Positions 17,055 through 32,159 of a stretch of 64,000 bases of DNA are shown here, piece after piece. The DNA comes from Elusimicrobiota bacterium (lineage in GTDB: Bacteria > Elusimicrobiota > Elusimicrobia > UBA1565 > JACRDR01), in the NCBI GenBank assembly GCA_041694815.1, contig JBGFSC010000004.1, forward strand, positions 32,001-96,000, written 5' to 3'. The position numbers were made by a program, and so were the translations under genes. The notes below the pieces were generated by a model, which did no database searches, was not told the DNA's origin, and saw nothing but the letters and a program-made list of their open reading frames with translations. The number at the start of each line of letters is the position of its first letter. The stretch's first letter is position 1.

Positions 17055-18161
17055 ATGATCTCCACGGAGCTCAGGCGCACGGCCCTTCAGGGGGTCCAGA
17101 GGCCATTGGGAGCCAAATGGGTGGACTTCCACGGCTGGGAGCTGCCGATTCAGTTCTCCTCCATCCTTCAGGAGCACAAGGCGGTGCGCGCCGCCTGCGG
17201 GCTCTTCGACGTCTCCCATATGGGGCAGATCTTCGTCGAAGGACCGAAAGCGCTGGATTTTCTTCAGAAAGTCAACGCCAACGATATCTCCAAGATCGCT
17301 CCCGGCAAGGCAATTTATTCGCATCTGCTCAACCCGAAGGGGGGGGTAGTCGACGACGTGATCATCTCCTGCCTCGCCCCGGCGAGGTACCTGGTCGTAG
17401 TCAACGCCGCGACCACGGACAAGGACGCGGCCTGGTTCAAGGAGAACCTGCCCGCGGCCGGGGTCTCCCTTGGAAACCGCAGCGACGAGCTCTCGATGAT
17501 GGCGCTGCAGGGCCCCGCCGCCGCGCGGGTGATGGAAGCCTTTGCCCCGGAGGCCGTGCGCCTGCCCCGCTTCGGCGCGATGGAGGCCCAGCTCTTCGGC
17601 CAGCCCTGCGTGATCACGCGCACGGGCTACACCGGCGAGGACGGCTTCGAGATCATCGCCCCCAACGAGATCGGCTCGAGGATATGGCAGGACCTGCTGG
17701 CCGTCGGCGGGTCCTTCGGAATACTGCCCTGCGGGCTGGGCGCGCGGGACACGCTACGCCTGGAGGCCGGCTACCTGCTCTACGGGCAGGACATCGATGA
17801 CGAGCATACGCCCCTGGAGGCCAATTACGGCTTGGTGGTCAAATTCGACAAGGGCGAATTCATCGGGCGGCAGGCGCTGCTCCAGCAGAAGCGCGAGGGG
17901 ATCAAGCGCAAATTGACCGGCGTCGAGCTGACCGAGGCGGGCGTCCCGCGCCCCGGCGCCGTCGTCTCGGCGGAGGGGAAGGCCTTGGGCAAGCTGCTCA
18001 GCGCCACCTATTCCCCGACGTTGCAAAAGGGGATCGGCGTGGGCTATCTCGACGACCCGGGGCTTCCCGCGGGCAGGGCGGTCTCGGTCTCCCTCCATGG
18101 GCGGCAGGCCGCCGGCGCGGTGGCCGCGGTCCCATTCTACAAGAGGACAGGAGCTTGCTGA
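17055..18161 (+). CDS. gcvT: Glycine cleavage aminomethyltransferase T
   Basis: LFDVSHMG, RTGYTGEDGFE, GLGARDTLRLEAG. Confidence 0.97.
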   Translation: MISTELRRTALQGVQRPLGAKWVDFHGWELPIQFSSILQEHKAVRAACGLFDVSHMGQIFVEGPKALDFLQKVNANDISKIAPGKAIYSHLLNPKGGVVDDVIISCLAPARYLVVVNAATTDKDAAWFKENLPAAGVSLGNRSDELSMMALQGPAAARVMEAFAPEAVRLPRFGAMEAQLFGQPCVITRTGYTGEDGFEIIAPNEIGSRIWQDLLAVGGSFGILPCGLGARDTLRLEAGYLLYGQDIDDEHTPLEANYGLVVKFDKGEFIGRQALLQQKREGIKRKLTGVELTEAGVPRPGAVVSAEGKALGKLLSATYSPTLQKGIGVGYLDDPGLPAGRAVSVSLHGRQAAGAVAAVPFYKRTGAC

Positions 18162-18550
18162 TGGCATCTCCCGATCGCTGCAGATTCGCGAAGTCGCATG
18201 AGTGGGTGGCCGTCGAAGGTGACACGGCGACGGTCGGGATATCCGACCACGCTCAGCGCGAGATCACGGACGTCGTTTTCGTCGAGCTGCCAAAGGTCGG
18301 GCGCAGCGTCAAGGCCGGAGAGGCATGCGCCGTCGTGGAATCGGTCAAGGCGGCCTTCGACATCTACGCCCCAATCTCGGGAACGGTAAGCTCCGTCAAT
18401 CCCGCCATCGTCAAGGATCCAGGCTTGGTCAACCAGTCGCCCCATGACAAGGGCTGGTTTTTCACGCTCAAGCCTTCGGCGCCGAAGGAGCTCGACGGCC
18501 TCATGGAGCTGCGACAGTACGAAGATTTCATCAAAACGGCCGCGCACTGA
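18161..18550 (+). CDS. gcvH: Glycine cleavage H protein
   Basis: [12 protein letters not shown] lipoyl-Lys motif. Confidence 0.97.
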   Translation: MASPDRCRFAKSHEWVAVEGDTATVGISDHAQREITDVVFVELPKVGRSVKAGEACAVVESVKAAFDIYAPISGTVSSVNPAIVKDPGLVNQSPHDKGWFFTLKPSAPKELDGLMELRQYEDFIKTAAH

Positions 18551-18554
18551 ACCA

Positions 18555-21452
<2,898 letters not shown>

Positions 21453-21540
21453 AGACGTTTAAATTTCCCCTTTTACCAGCGGCTACTCCTTGATAAGAGG
21501 CGGTAGAGGCCTTATACTCCTTGCGTCCAAGGAGGAGGGA

Positions 21541-21771
21541 ATGAAAGCGTTTGTCCTTTGCCGTCTGGTGGCGGGCTTGGAGCAGAAGGCGCTGGCCCAG
21601 ATCCGCAGCATCAAGGGGGTCAACGACGTTTATTTGACCTTCGGTCATTGGGACGCCGTCCTGAGCGCCGAGGCCGACACCATCGACAAGCTCAGCGGGC
21701 TGATCGTGCGCGAGGTGCGGGGCATTCACGGGGTGCAGAGCACCGAGACCCTCGTCACCACTAATCTTTAG
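21541..21771 (+). CDS. Stand-alone Lrp/AsnC ligand-binding (RAM) domain protein
   Basis: GGAGGAGG RBS; MKAFVL..GV..VYLTFGHWD....IHGVQSTETL. Confidence 0.85.
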   Translation: MKAFVLCRLVAGLEQKALAQIRSIKGVNDVYLTFGHWDAVLSAEADTIDKLSGLIVREVRGIHGVQSTETLVTTNL

Positions 21772-21849
21772 CCGACCGTTTTTGACGCCTATTGACTGGG
21801 AGTCGAATGACGTCCCGCGGGGAAATGTTGTATAGTGGGCGCGTTCCGC

Positions 21850-22496
21850 ATGAGGTGGTTTTTCCCTTTCCTGACTTCATCGATCGGCAAGAAACTGCAG
21901 GTCGCCGCCGCGGGGCTGCTGTTGTGCGTATTCCTCGTATCCCATCTGGCCGGCAATCTTCTTCTCTATTTCGGCCCCGAAACGTTTAACCTGTACGCTG
22001 AAAAGCTGGCTAAAAATATATTCCTGCCCATCGCCGAAGTAGGATTGTTGGCCCTCTTCCTGCTCCATATCGCCTCCGCCCTTTGGGTACGTTATGAGGA
22101 TATCAAGGCCCGTCCCGTGCCGTATCAGAGCTACCGGTCGTTGGGGGGGCGCAGCCTCGGGTCGAGGACGATGGCCGCCTCGGGCATCCTGCTGTTGGCG
22201 TTTTTGATCGTCCACGTCAAGACCTTCCGCTTCACCCCCAACGAGAACCTCTACTACCACGTCATCGGCAGCTTCAGGAGCGTCCCCTACGCCCTGTTTT
22301 ACCTCGCCGCCATGGCGGCGTTGGGGCTGCACTTGAGCCACGGCGTGCAAAGCGCTTTCCGCACTTTCGGTGTCGAGCACCCGAAATATACCCCCGCCAT
22401 CGAGCGCGCCGGCTGGGCCTTCGCGGGCGTCATCGCGGCGGGATTCGCCTCGATCGTGGTCTGGGCCGGCTGGTTCGCCGCGAGAAGCTGCTGCCA

Positions 22497-22500
<4 letters not shown>
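21850..22500 (+). CDS. sdhC: Succinate dehydrogenase/fumarate reductase cytochrome b subunit
   Basis: SSIGKK, HLAGN, HLSHG; several TM helices; upstream of sdhA. Confidence 0.92.
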
Positions 22501-24434
<1,934 letters not shown>

Positions 24435-24435
24435 C

Positions 24436-25185
24436 ATGAACCTCACGCTGCGGGTCTGGCGGCAGAAGGATTCCTCCTCCCCCGGACGGATGGTCGCCTA
24501 CGAGGCCGGCGGGGTTTCCCCCGATATGTCTTTCTTGGAGATGCTCGATACCGTCAACGAGGCGCTTATCCGCAAGGGGGAGGACCCGATCGCCTTCGAC
24601 CACGACTGCCGCGAGGGCATCTGCGGCATGTGCAGCCTCGTCATCAACGGGCAGGCCCACGGCCCGGAGAGGAACTCGACCGTCTGCCAGCTGCACATGC
24701 GCCATTTCAAGGACGGCGATACCATCACCATCGAGCCGTGGCGCGCCCGCGCCTTCCCGGTGGTCAAGGACTTGGTCATCGACCGATCCTCCTTCGACCG
24801 GATCATGCAGAAGGGCGGCTACGTGTCCGTGCCCACCGGCTCGGCGCCCGACGGCAACTGCCTGCTCGTGCCGAAGGGGCGCTCCGAGGCGGCGATGGAC
24901 GCTGCGGCCTGCATTGGCTGCGGCGCCTGCGTGGCGGCCTGCCCGAACGCCTCGGCGACGCTGTTCGTCGCCGCCAAGATATCCCATTTGGCCCTGCTCC
25001 CCCAAGGGGGGCCCGAGCGCGAGCGCCGCGCGGCGTCCATGACGAGAGCCATGCAGGAGGAGGGCTTCGGGCATTGCACGCACGAGGCCGAATGCGAGGC
25101 GGCCTGCCCGAAGGGCATCAAGCTCTCCAACATCGCGCGCATGAACCGCGAGTTCCTCCGCGCCAGCCTCCTGTCGCGTGAATGA
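24436..25185 (+). CDS. sdhB: Succinate dehydrogenase/fumarate reductase Fe-S subunit
   Basis: [34 protein letters not shown]. Confidence 0.96.
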   Translation: MNLTLRVWRQKDSSSPGRMVAYEAGGVSPDMSFLEMLDTVNEALIRKGEDPIAFDHDCREGICGMCSLVINGQAHGPERNSTVCQLHMRHFKDGDTITIEPWRARAFPVVKDLVIDRSSFDRIMQKGGYVSVPTGSAPDGNCLLVPKGRSEAAMDAAACIGCGACVAACPNASATLFVAAKISHLALLPQGGPERERRAASMTRAMQEEGFGHCTHEAECEAACPKGIKLSNIARMNREFLRASLLSRE

Positions 25186-25255
25186 TTCGCGTCGGACGCC
25201 TAGACGAAGATATTCCCCTCATTTTGAGCGCTTCACGTCCCGCCAGGCGCCGAGA

Positions 25256-25618
25256 CTAGACCTTTTCATCCCATAGTCCGCGGCGCTTGGGCTTTTCGAT
25301 CCATCGCGCGGCTACCATATCTCCCAGATGTCGCCGGGCCCGGGGCAAAATCACAAGGTCGCAGAGCATCGCGTCAAGCAGTCGCCGCAAGGTCGAGACT
25401 TGGACGTCTATCCGGCCTTTTTCAAGGCGGGCTATATGGGCCTGCGGCACTTTTGCCCGCTGAGCTAGGATTCGTTGAGGCATTAAGAGCTTTACGCGCA
25501 GGGCCCCAACGAGTGGGCCAGGCTCAAGGGGCTCCGGTAGCTGTAGATGTTCCGCATAAATGAGCGCCTGATGCAAGCTGCGGCGCTGGCGGATCGAGAT
25601 AAAGGATTGTCGGCCCAT
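25256..25618 (-). CDS. XRE-family helix-turn-helix protein
   Basis: LR..LLMPQRILAQRAKVPQAHIARLEKG...VSTLRRLL. Confidence 0.8.
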   Translation of the reverse strand: MGRQSFISIRQRRSLHQALIYAEHLQLPEPLEPGPLVGALRVKLLMPQRILAQRAKVPQAHIARLEKGRIDVQVSTLRRLLDAMLCDLVILPRARRHLGDMVAARWIEKPKRRGLWDEKV

Positions 25619-25658
25619 GCCATTAATACGAATTGCCGCTGATTTAGTTCCATGGACT

Positions 25659-25822
25659 TAGAAGCCATCCCAAAACCCGGTTGCGCCTGCAAACGCGGCT
25701 TTCGGCCTGCGCCTGCGTCGCTCCTCGCTTGCGTACCTTTCAGGTACGCAGCGCTCGTCGCTCCTTGAATCGGCTCGAAATTCGCGTTTTCGCGTTTCAA
25801 CCGGGTTTTAGGGTGGCTTCTA
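25659..25822. mobile_element. MITE-like non-autonomous element (about 164 bp)
   Basis: 25-bp terminal inverted repeats (23/25 match) TAGAAGCCA(T/C)CC(C/T)AAAACCCGGTTG; central hairpin TGCGTACCT-TTC-AGGTACGCA. Confidence 0.7.
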
Positions 25823-25969
25823 GTCAACCACTCGCGAATCCTTCTAGCTTTAATATGTTTAAGCGCATAAATCCCAGAAGGATTTTGAGTGCCTTATCTA
25901 CATAGCGGACGATCGCTCGACTCGGTGGGGCGCATTTTGTACACTTCCGTGCGATATTTTCGCGCTCCT

Positions 25970-26401
25970 ATGGAGAAAAAAACGCAGCCTCGGCCCGGCG
26001 AAGGCAAGGTGGTGATGGTCGTCGACGATGACGAATCCATCCGCGAGCTGCTGGAGTACGTGGTCAAGAAGGAGGGCTTTGGCGTCGTCAAGGCCGTCGA
26101 CGGCGAGGACGCCCTCCGGAAGATCGACGAGGCCTCGCCGCATTTGATCCTCCTGGACCTGATGCTGCCTCGCTACGGGGGATTCGAGGTGCTGCGCAAG
26201 CTCCAGGCCGGCCCCACGGCCAGCATTCCGATCGTCGTCGTCACGGGCCGCTATACCGAGCGGACGACGATGGAAATGATCCGCCAGGAATCGAACGTCG
26301 TCGAGTTCCTGGAGAAGCCGCTCAAGACCCCGGTGCTGGCGGCGCTGCTCCACCGCATTTTGGGCGGCGAGCCGGCCGGCTCGAAGCCGGCCAAGGGCTG
26401 A
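25970..26401 (+). CDS. Single-domain response regulator
   Basis: VVDDDESI, LDLMLP, VVTG, EKP. Confidence 0.92.
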   Translation: MEKKTQPRPGEGKVVMVVDDDESIRELLEYVVKKEGFGVVKAVDGEDALRKIDEASPHLILLDLMLPRYGGFEVLRKLQAGPTASIPIVVVTGRYTERTTMEMIRQESNVVEFLEKPLKTPVLAALLHRILGGEPAGSKPAKG

Positions 26402-26402
26402 C

Positions 26403-26855
26403 ATGGAAGAACAGGGCGCGCTGGCCGATCCCAAGGAGAAGCTGATCCTCATCGTCGACGACGACGAAAGCATCCTGGACCTCATGGAGCACGTCGTCAA
26501 GAAGGAGGGCTTCCGCGTCGAGCGCGGCTCCGACGGGCAGGAGGCGGTCAGCAAGGCGCAGGCCTTGAACCCCGATTTGATCATACTGGACTTCATGCTC
26601 CCGGGGATGGGCGGCTACGAGGTCGTCAAGGAGCTCCAAGGCGAGCGCTCCGCGATCCCCATCCTCGTCATCACGGGCCGGCACCTCGACCGCCAGTCGA
26701 TCGACATGGTCAAGCGCGAGAGCAACGTCCGGGAATTCATGGAGAAGCCGATCAAGCCCGTGCTCTTGGGCGCCACCCTGCACCGTATCCTCAAGACCCG
26801 CCCGCCCGAGATAAACCGCGCCGCCGACCGCGGGCCCTTGGGCGGCCGGTGGTGA
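26403..26855 (+). CDS. Single-domain response regulator (tandem paralogue)
   Basis: IVDDDESI, LDFMLP, VITG, EKP. Confidence 0.92.
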   Translation: MEEQGALADPKEKLILIVDDDESILDLMEHVVKKEGFRVERGSDGQEAVSKAQALNPDLIILDFMLPGMGGYEVVKELQGERSAIPILVITGRHLDRQSIDMVKRESNVREFMEKPIKPVLLGATLHRILKTRPPEINRAADRGPLGGRW

Positions 26856-26904
26856 CGCTCGCCCCTCCCGCGGGGAAGCGAGTAGCCGAGGGGAATCGTC
26901 CTTC

Positions 26905-27330
26905 ATGAAGTGGTTGTTGTTGCCGTTAGTTCTCTACGGCCTCGCCGCCGCGGACCTCGCCCTTCGCGCTCGGCGCGCCTGCGCCGAGGGAGAGAAATAC
27001 ATGCTTTGGCATTCGGACCCGGCCTCCAAGCGCGGCTTTTACGAGGCCCTGCTCGCACGGCGCAAATCGGAGCTCTTAGCCGAGCGCGAGTCGGGCTTGG
27101 GTGAAGCGCAGTACCGTCGCAAGCTGGCGTTGGCCGAGGTGGAGAAGGAGCACGCCGTCTCCGAGAGCTCGCTTAAATTCGCCGTGCGGTGGTTTGAGAC
27201 CTGCGCCGACCTTTTCTCGCCGCCGGAGAACCCTTGGGTGCGACGCTGCCGCCGCCGCCTCGAGGAGGCGCGGGTACAATGGGACCGCGAGCTGCGCTCC
27301 GCCAAGGTCCCAGAGCCCCGGCCGCGTTGA
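26905..27330 (+). CDS. Hypothetical helical protein with N-terminal hydrophobic anchor
   Basis: ORF in operon context; no recognised motif. Confidence 0.65.
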   Translation: MKWLLLPLVLYGLAAADLALRARRACAEGEKYMLWHSDPASKRGFYEALLARRKSELLAERESGLGEAQYRRKLALAEVEKEHAVSESSLKFAVRWFETCADLFSPPENPWVRRCRRRLEEARVQWDRELRSAKVPEPRPR

Positions 27331-28046
27331 ACCGTTCCGCTTACCGGTGGGCCAAATGGGTCTTCGGGGCCGCCGGCCTTCCTCTGGCCGCTGGCGCCGT
27401 GGCGGCCGCGGCCCTGTCGCTGCTGCAGCTGGCCAGCCGACCTCGCGAGACGGTTTTTTTCCTCGGAGGTTTCCTGGCGTATCCGCTCTGGCGCCTGGCC
27501 TCCGCGGTGCGGCAGGGCCGGCTCTACGTTCTCGGCCACGAGCTCGCCCATGCCATGGCCGCCTGGGCGAGCGGCTATCGCGTCCATCGCATTTCCGTGG
27601 GGCGCCGCGGCGGGCATGTGGATTTATCCGGCAGCAACGCCGCCGTCGCCCTGGCTCCCTACGTGCTGCCGACCTACACCCTGATGGCGGTCGTCGCCTA
27701 CCGGCTTTGGCTGCTGCGCTTCGAGGCCGCCCCCTGGTCGGAGGCAACGTTTCTTTCCCTCGCCGGGCTTTCGCTGTCCTTCCACCTGGTCGCGACCGCC
27801 GAGATACTGCTGGGGCGCCGGCAGTCCGACCTGGCGGCGGCGGGGGGAGTTCTCTTCTCGCTGACGGCCATCGGCCTTTGCAACGGCGTTTTCGTGGTGC
27901 TGCTGCTTAAATGCCTGTTCCCCGGGGCCGTGTCGGTGGCCGCGGCGCATCGGACGGCGTTCGGCTTCGCCGAGGCTTGCCTTGGGGCGCTGGAGTGGTC
28001 AGTCGAGGGCGTCCGAGCCCTGTGGGTTTTTTTTAAAGTAAAATGA
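27327..28046 (+). CDS. Membrane zinc metalloprotease, M50B-like
   Basis: YVLGHELAHA, ALAPY, QSD; TM helices; TTGA overlap. Confidence 0.75.
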   Translation: MNRSAYRWAKWVFGAAGLPLAAGAVAAAALSLLQLASRPRETVFFLGGFLAYPLWRLASAVRQGRLYVLGHELAHAMAAWASGYRVHRISVGRRGGHVDLSGSNAAVALAPYVLPTYTLMAVVAYRLWLLRFEAAPWSEATFLSLAGLSLSFHLVATAEILLGRRQSDLAAAGGVLFSLTAIGLCNGVFVVLLLKCLFPGAVSVAAAHRTAFGFAEACLGALEWSVEGVRALWVFFKVK

Positions 28047-28050
28047 AGGC

Positions 28051-30306
28051 GTGGCGGCCTTCAAATACACGAAAAAAACCTTGTCTCGCGTCTTCAGGGC
28101 GCTGAAAATACTGCTTCGGGCGGCGGCATTTTTACTGCTTTTGGCCGTCTTTCTGGTCGGCTCGGCGGTCCTGGCTTTGCGCTTTTTGGTTACACCGGAG
28201 CACGTGCGCGCGTTCGTGTCGACCGAGTTGCAGGAGATACTCCATCGCCCCGTCCAGATCGGCAGCATTGACTTATTGGTTTTCCAAGGATTGCGCGTGC
28301 GCGGCCTGCGCGTATTGGAGTCGCCCGATTTTCCGGGCCAGGAGTTCATCACTAGCGAGGTGCTTCTCGCCAAATACCAATGGAGGGCGCTGCTCAACGG
28401 CCGCCTCGACTTCACCGAATTGCGCCTGGTAGCGCCGCGAATCCGCCTGCTACGCCGCGAGGACGGGCGATGGAATATCGAGGATATTTTTTCGGAGAAG
28501 GCCAGTGGCGGCGCTATGCCCCGGGTGCCCTTAAGCGCCCTCCCGGTTTCGCTGGTGGCCGACATGCTTTCCGTCGACCACGGCGACGTTGAGATCGACG
28601 ACCGCAAGGAGGGGCAGCGCCGCCTCATCCGGGATTTCAACCTGGAGGTCCGTCGTTTCAACACTAAAGGACCCTTCGCGGCGAAATTTTCCTTCCAAAC
28701 CTCCGGATCGCTCGGTGGGAAACCGATCCGTTTGGCGGCGGCGGCCACCGGCAGCCTTTCGCTGGCCGGCTTCAGGTGGGCGGAGGCCTTTTTCCAGGCT
28801 GAGAAAATACGCGCCGTCGTCGATGGCGAGAGGCTTTCGGGCTCGGGCAGCCTCAAGAACTTCACGGCCCCCCAAGTCGACTTGAGGGTGGAACTGCCCC
28901 GGATCGACTCGGCCACCCTCTCGCGTTACCGTTCAGTGCCTTCGGGAATCGCGATCCCGGCGTCGCAGCTGCGGCTGAAGGCGCGCATGCCGGCGCCGGG
29001 AGATTTCCGGGTCGACCTGCTTGAATGGTGGGCCGATCCGTTGAGGTTGAGAGCCAAGCTCGCTTATTATCCCGTCAAGAACGGTCGGGCCTTCGAGCTC
29101 TCGGCCGGCGCGCCCGCCTTGTCGCTGCAGAGGATCTCGCAGCTATGGACAGGGCTGGAGCGCTACCGTCTCGCCGGCAGCGCCGACGCGAACGTCATCC
29201 TTTATGGAGTACCGCAAGACCCCAATTCCCCCATCGGCATCAAGAAACTGATGATTCAAGCCCGAGGATTGAGCCTTTCCTTGCCGAAAGACAGGCGCTT
29301 CTCGGCGGCCAATATCCGCTTCACCGCGCAGAGGCGCTTCGCGGAGACCAGCCTGCAGGCCAGCGGCGCGGCCGTGAACGCTTACGGCAGCCGCTTTGCC
29401 GATATCAATGCCGGAGTGACATCCCGGCAGGAGAAAGTCGAGGTCGAACGCCTGGATTTCTCCTGGAATGGATCACACGTGAAGCTCAAAGGCAAGCTGG
29501 AGGGGCTGGCCTCTCCCAAGTCCGTCTACGTGGAAGGGTCGGTAGATAGGCTCGCCTTGAAGGAGGCCATCCGCGCGGTCTCGGGTATCGTCGAAGAGTT
29601 GCGTGGCGCGCCGGGAGCATCCCCCGCTCCAGCTCCCGCCGGGCCCAGGAAATGGTCGCAGGTTTTGAAGTACTCTATCCCCAAGACATTCCCGGCGATC
29701 TCGGGCCGCCTTCGGATCTCCGATCTCGTCTATCCCAATTTCAATACTTTCAATTTGGAACTCTCCTGGCAGCTCACGGGCATTTCGACGGGCTTGCGCA
29801 AGGCCAGCGGCAGCGTCCGGACGGCGTTCGGGCCGGGCCGAGTCAGCAATATCCCGGAGTTGCAGAACGAGGGGAAGGTGCTGCGCGTCCTCTTCCTCCC
29901 TTTCGTGTTCATGCACCGTTTGAACAACTCCGTCGTCTTCAGCCTGCAGACGGCCTACCCCAAGACCCTGGATTTCACGAGGCTTTATGGGGAATACGGC
30001 CTGCGGCAGGGGGTCGTCGACGTCCGGATGTTTTACGTCGACAGCCCGCAGCTGCTGGCGTTCGCCGACGGGAAGGTGGACTTCCCCCGTGAGAAGGTGG
30101 ATATGCACGTTCTGACCCGGCTGACCTCCTCAAGGGGCCCTCTGCCCGAGGCGCTTTCCGACGAAAAGGGCCGGCCCTCGATCGGCTTCTTCGTGCGGCA
30201 GGACTTAAATAAGCCGACGGTGGAGGTGCAGTTCCGGAAAATGGGCGCCAACGCCATCGAGGACGCCCTGCAGCAGGCGCTTCGACGGACGGGGAAGTCT
30301 TTTTGA
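28051..30306 (+). CDS. AsmA family protein
   Basis: N-terminal TM anchor, RPVQIGSI, LVAPRIRLLRREDGRWNI, beta-rich body. Confidence 0.82.
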   Translation: MAAFKYTKKTLSRVFRALKILLRAAAFLLLLAVFLVGSAVLALRFLVTPEHVRAFVSTELQEILHRPVQIGSIDLLVFQGLRVRGLRVLESPDFPGQEFITSEVLLAKYQWRALLNGRLDFTELRLVAPRIRLLRREDGRWNIEDIFSEKASGGAMPRVPLSALPVSLVADMLSVDHGDVEIDDRKEGQRRLIRDFNLEVRRFNTKGPFAAKFSFQTSGSLGGKPIRLAAAATGSLSLAGFRWAEAFFQAEKIRAVVDGERLSGSGSLKNFTAPQVDLRVELPRIDSATLSRYRSVPSGIAIPASQLRLKARMPAPGDFRVDLLEWWADPLRLRAKLAYYPVKNGRAFELSAGAPALSLQRISQLWTGLERYRLAGSADANVILYGVPQDPNSPIGIKKLMIQARGLSLSLPKDRRFSAANIRFTAQRRFAETSLQASGAAVNAYGSRFADINAGVTSRQEKVEVERLDFSWNGSHVKLKGKLEGLASPKSVYVEGSVDRLALKEAIRAVSGIVEELRGAPGASPAPAPAGPRKWSQVLKYSIPKTFPAISGRLRISDLVYPNFNTFNLELSWQLTGISTGLRKASGSVRTAFGPGRVSNIPELQNEGKVLRVLFLPFVFMHRLNNSVVFSLQTAYPKTLDFTRLYGEYGLRQGVVDVRMFYVDSPQLLAFADGKVDFPREKVDMHVLTRLTSSRGPLPEALSDEKGRPSIGFFVRQDLNKPTVEVQFRKMGANAIEDALQQALRRTGKSF

Positions 30307-30329
30307 GCCTCTAGGCGGGAGACGAGACA

Positions 30330-30917
30330 ATGAAACGGATGGAGAAATCCGACGTGATCAGCATGCTACAGGAGCACGGGGCCCTCATCAACGGTCACTT
30401 CGAGCTGAGGAGCGGCCTGCATAGCCCCACCTATATCGAAGTGGCGGTGGTGCTCCAATACCCCTACATGGCCCAGCGGTTGGCGCGCGGCCTGGCCGCG
30501 AAATTTCCCCAAGAGGTCGACGTGGTCGTGTCGCCGGCCATGGGGGGCGTCGTCATAGGCCAGGAGGTGGCGCGCGCCAAGAAATGCCGCGCGATTTTCG
30601 CGGAGCGCTCGGGGGCCTCCATGGGATTTAGGCGTGATTTTAAACTGTCTAGGGGCGAGCGGGTCCTGGTAGTCGAGGACGTATTGACCACGGGACACTC
30701 CACCGGCCAGGTCGTCAGCCTCGCCGCGGTCTATGGGGCGAAGGTTATCGGGGTCTGCGCCATTATCGATCGCTCGATGAACGCCCTCCCGCTGCGGGTT
30801 CCCGTCCGCGCCTTGGCCTCCTATCCTGTCGAGGTGTTCCCACCGGAATCCTGCCCCCAGTGCGCGGCGGCCGTCCCGTTGACCCGTCCTTCCAGAGGAG
30901 GCTCGGAATCGGACTGA
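30330..30917 (+). CDS. pyrE: Orotate phosphoribosyltransferase
   Basis: GHFELRSGLHS; VLVVEDVLTTG PRPP motif. Confidence 0.93.
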   Translation: MKRMEKSDVISMLQEHGALINGHFELRSGLHSPTYIEVAVVLQYPYMAQRLARGLAAKFPQEVDVVVSPAMGGVVIGQEVARAKKCRAIFAERSGASMGFRRDFKLSRGERVLVVEDVLTTGHSTGQVVSLAAVYGAKVIGVCAIIDRSMNALPLRVPVRALASYPVEVFPPESCPQCAAAVPLTRPSRGGSESD

Positions 30918-32146
30918 ATTCGCGCCGCGTTTGGGTCCTTTTCGCCTGCCAAGCCCTGATCGCTGGGGGCATGGCGCTGTCGTTCCCTTTTTTGGCGATC
31001 TACCTGCACCGGCAGCGCGGCATCCCGATGAGCTGGGTCGGCGGGGCTTTGGCGGCCAGCGTGGTGGTGACCTCCTTTAGCCACGGCCTCGGCGGGGAAT
31101 TGTCGGACTTGATCGGCCGCAAGCGGGTGCTTCTGCTCTCGATGGCCCTACGCTCCTTGAGCGTGCTGGCAATGGCGGCCGCGGTATGGGGCGAGGCATC
31201 GTTTCCCGCCTTGACGGCCATCCATGTGCTCTCGAACTTTGTCGGCAATTTCTTCGATCCCGCCGCCCGCGGATGGATTGCGGACCACTGCGGGCCGAAC
31301 GAGCGCTCGAGGGCCTATGGCCTGCTGCGCATCGCGGTTAATCTGGGCTGGGCCGCGGGGCCGGCGCTGGGCGGCGCGCTGGCCGCGAGCTCCTACCCCT
31401 TGATGTTCGCGCTCTCGGCCCTGGCGTGCGCGGCCTGCGCCGTGCTCGTTGCCCTCTATCTTGAGGATCGCCCGGGCGCGCGGCGCCAAGGCGATTTCAA
31501 TTTCGGCGCCCTCTGGCGCGTCGCCGAGGATCGGCGCTTCATGCGCCTATGCTTTTTCGACGTGCTAATCGCGCTCGTGATGGCGCAGCTGGTGGTGTCG
31601 ATGTCGGTGCACGCTACCACCTTCGCCGGCTTGAGCGAGGCGCAGGTGGGGATCCTGTTTTCGATCAACGGCCTTATCGTCGTGCTGCTGCAGTACCCGG
31701 TCGGGCGGCTTTGCGAGCGCTGGAAGATCAGCTCCGCCTTGGCGGCGGGCAGCCTGCTCTACGCCGGCGGCTACGGGGGCGTGGGCTTTTCCAAAAGCAT
31801 GGCGACGCTCTCCGGGGCAATCGTGGTCGTGACCCTAGGCGAGATCGTGATGTCCCCCGGGCTTCAGGCGCTGGCCGCCAACATGGCGCCTCACGGCCTC
31901 AAGGGGCGCTACCTTGGAGCTCTCGGTTTTTCCCATCAGTTCGGGACGGCGCTGGGCCCTTTGATCGGCGGACTGGGCTTGGAGCACTTAAGCCCCGCTT
32001 GGGCCCCCGGACCGTGGGTCGTCCTCGCGGCGGTGGCCGTCTTGGCCGCAGGCGGGTTCGCATCCGTCGCTCGAGAGCTGAGCCCGGCCGAGGAAGGACT
32101 TTCGAGCGTCCCGGCCGCGGGAGTGTTGTCGAAAGAGGCGGTTTAA
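30860..32146 (+). CDS. MFS transporter
   Basis: GELSDLIGRKR motif A; about 12 TM helices; true start may be CTG 30914. Confidence 0.9.
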   Translation: MRGGRPVDPSFQRRLGIGLNSRRVWVLFACQALIAGGMALSFPFLAIYLHRQRGIPMSWVGGALAASVVVTSFSHGLGGELSDLIGRKRVLLLSMALRSLSVLAMAAAVWGEASFPALTAIHVLSNFVGNFFDPAARGWIADHCGPNERSRAYGLLRIAVNLGWAAGPALGGALAASSYPLMFALSALACAACAVLVALYLEDRPGARRQGDFNFGALWRVAEDRRFMRLCFFDVLIALVMAQLVVSMSVHATTFAGLSEAQVGILFSINGLIVVLLQYPVGRLCERWKISSALAAGSLLYAGGYGGVGFSKSMATLSGAIVVVTLGEIVMSPGLQALAANMAPHGLKGRYLGALGFSHQFGTALGPLIGGLGLEHLSPAWAPGPWVVLAAVAVLAAGGFASVARELSPAEEGLSSVPAAGVLSKEAV

Positions 32147-32159
32147 TCATGGAGGGATC

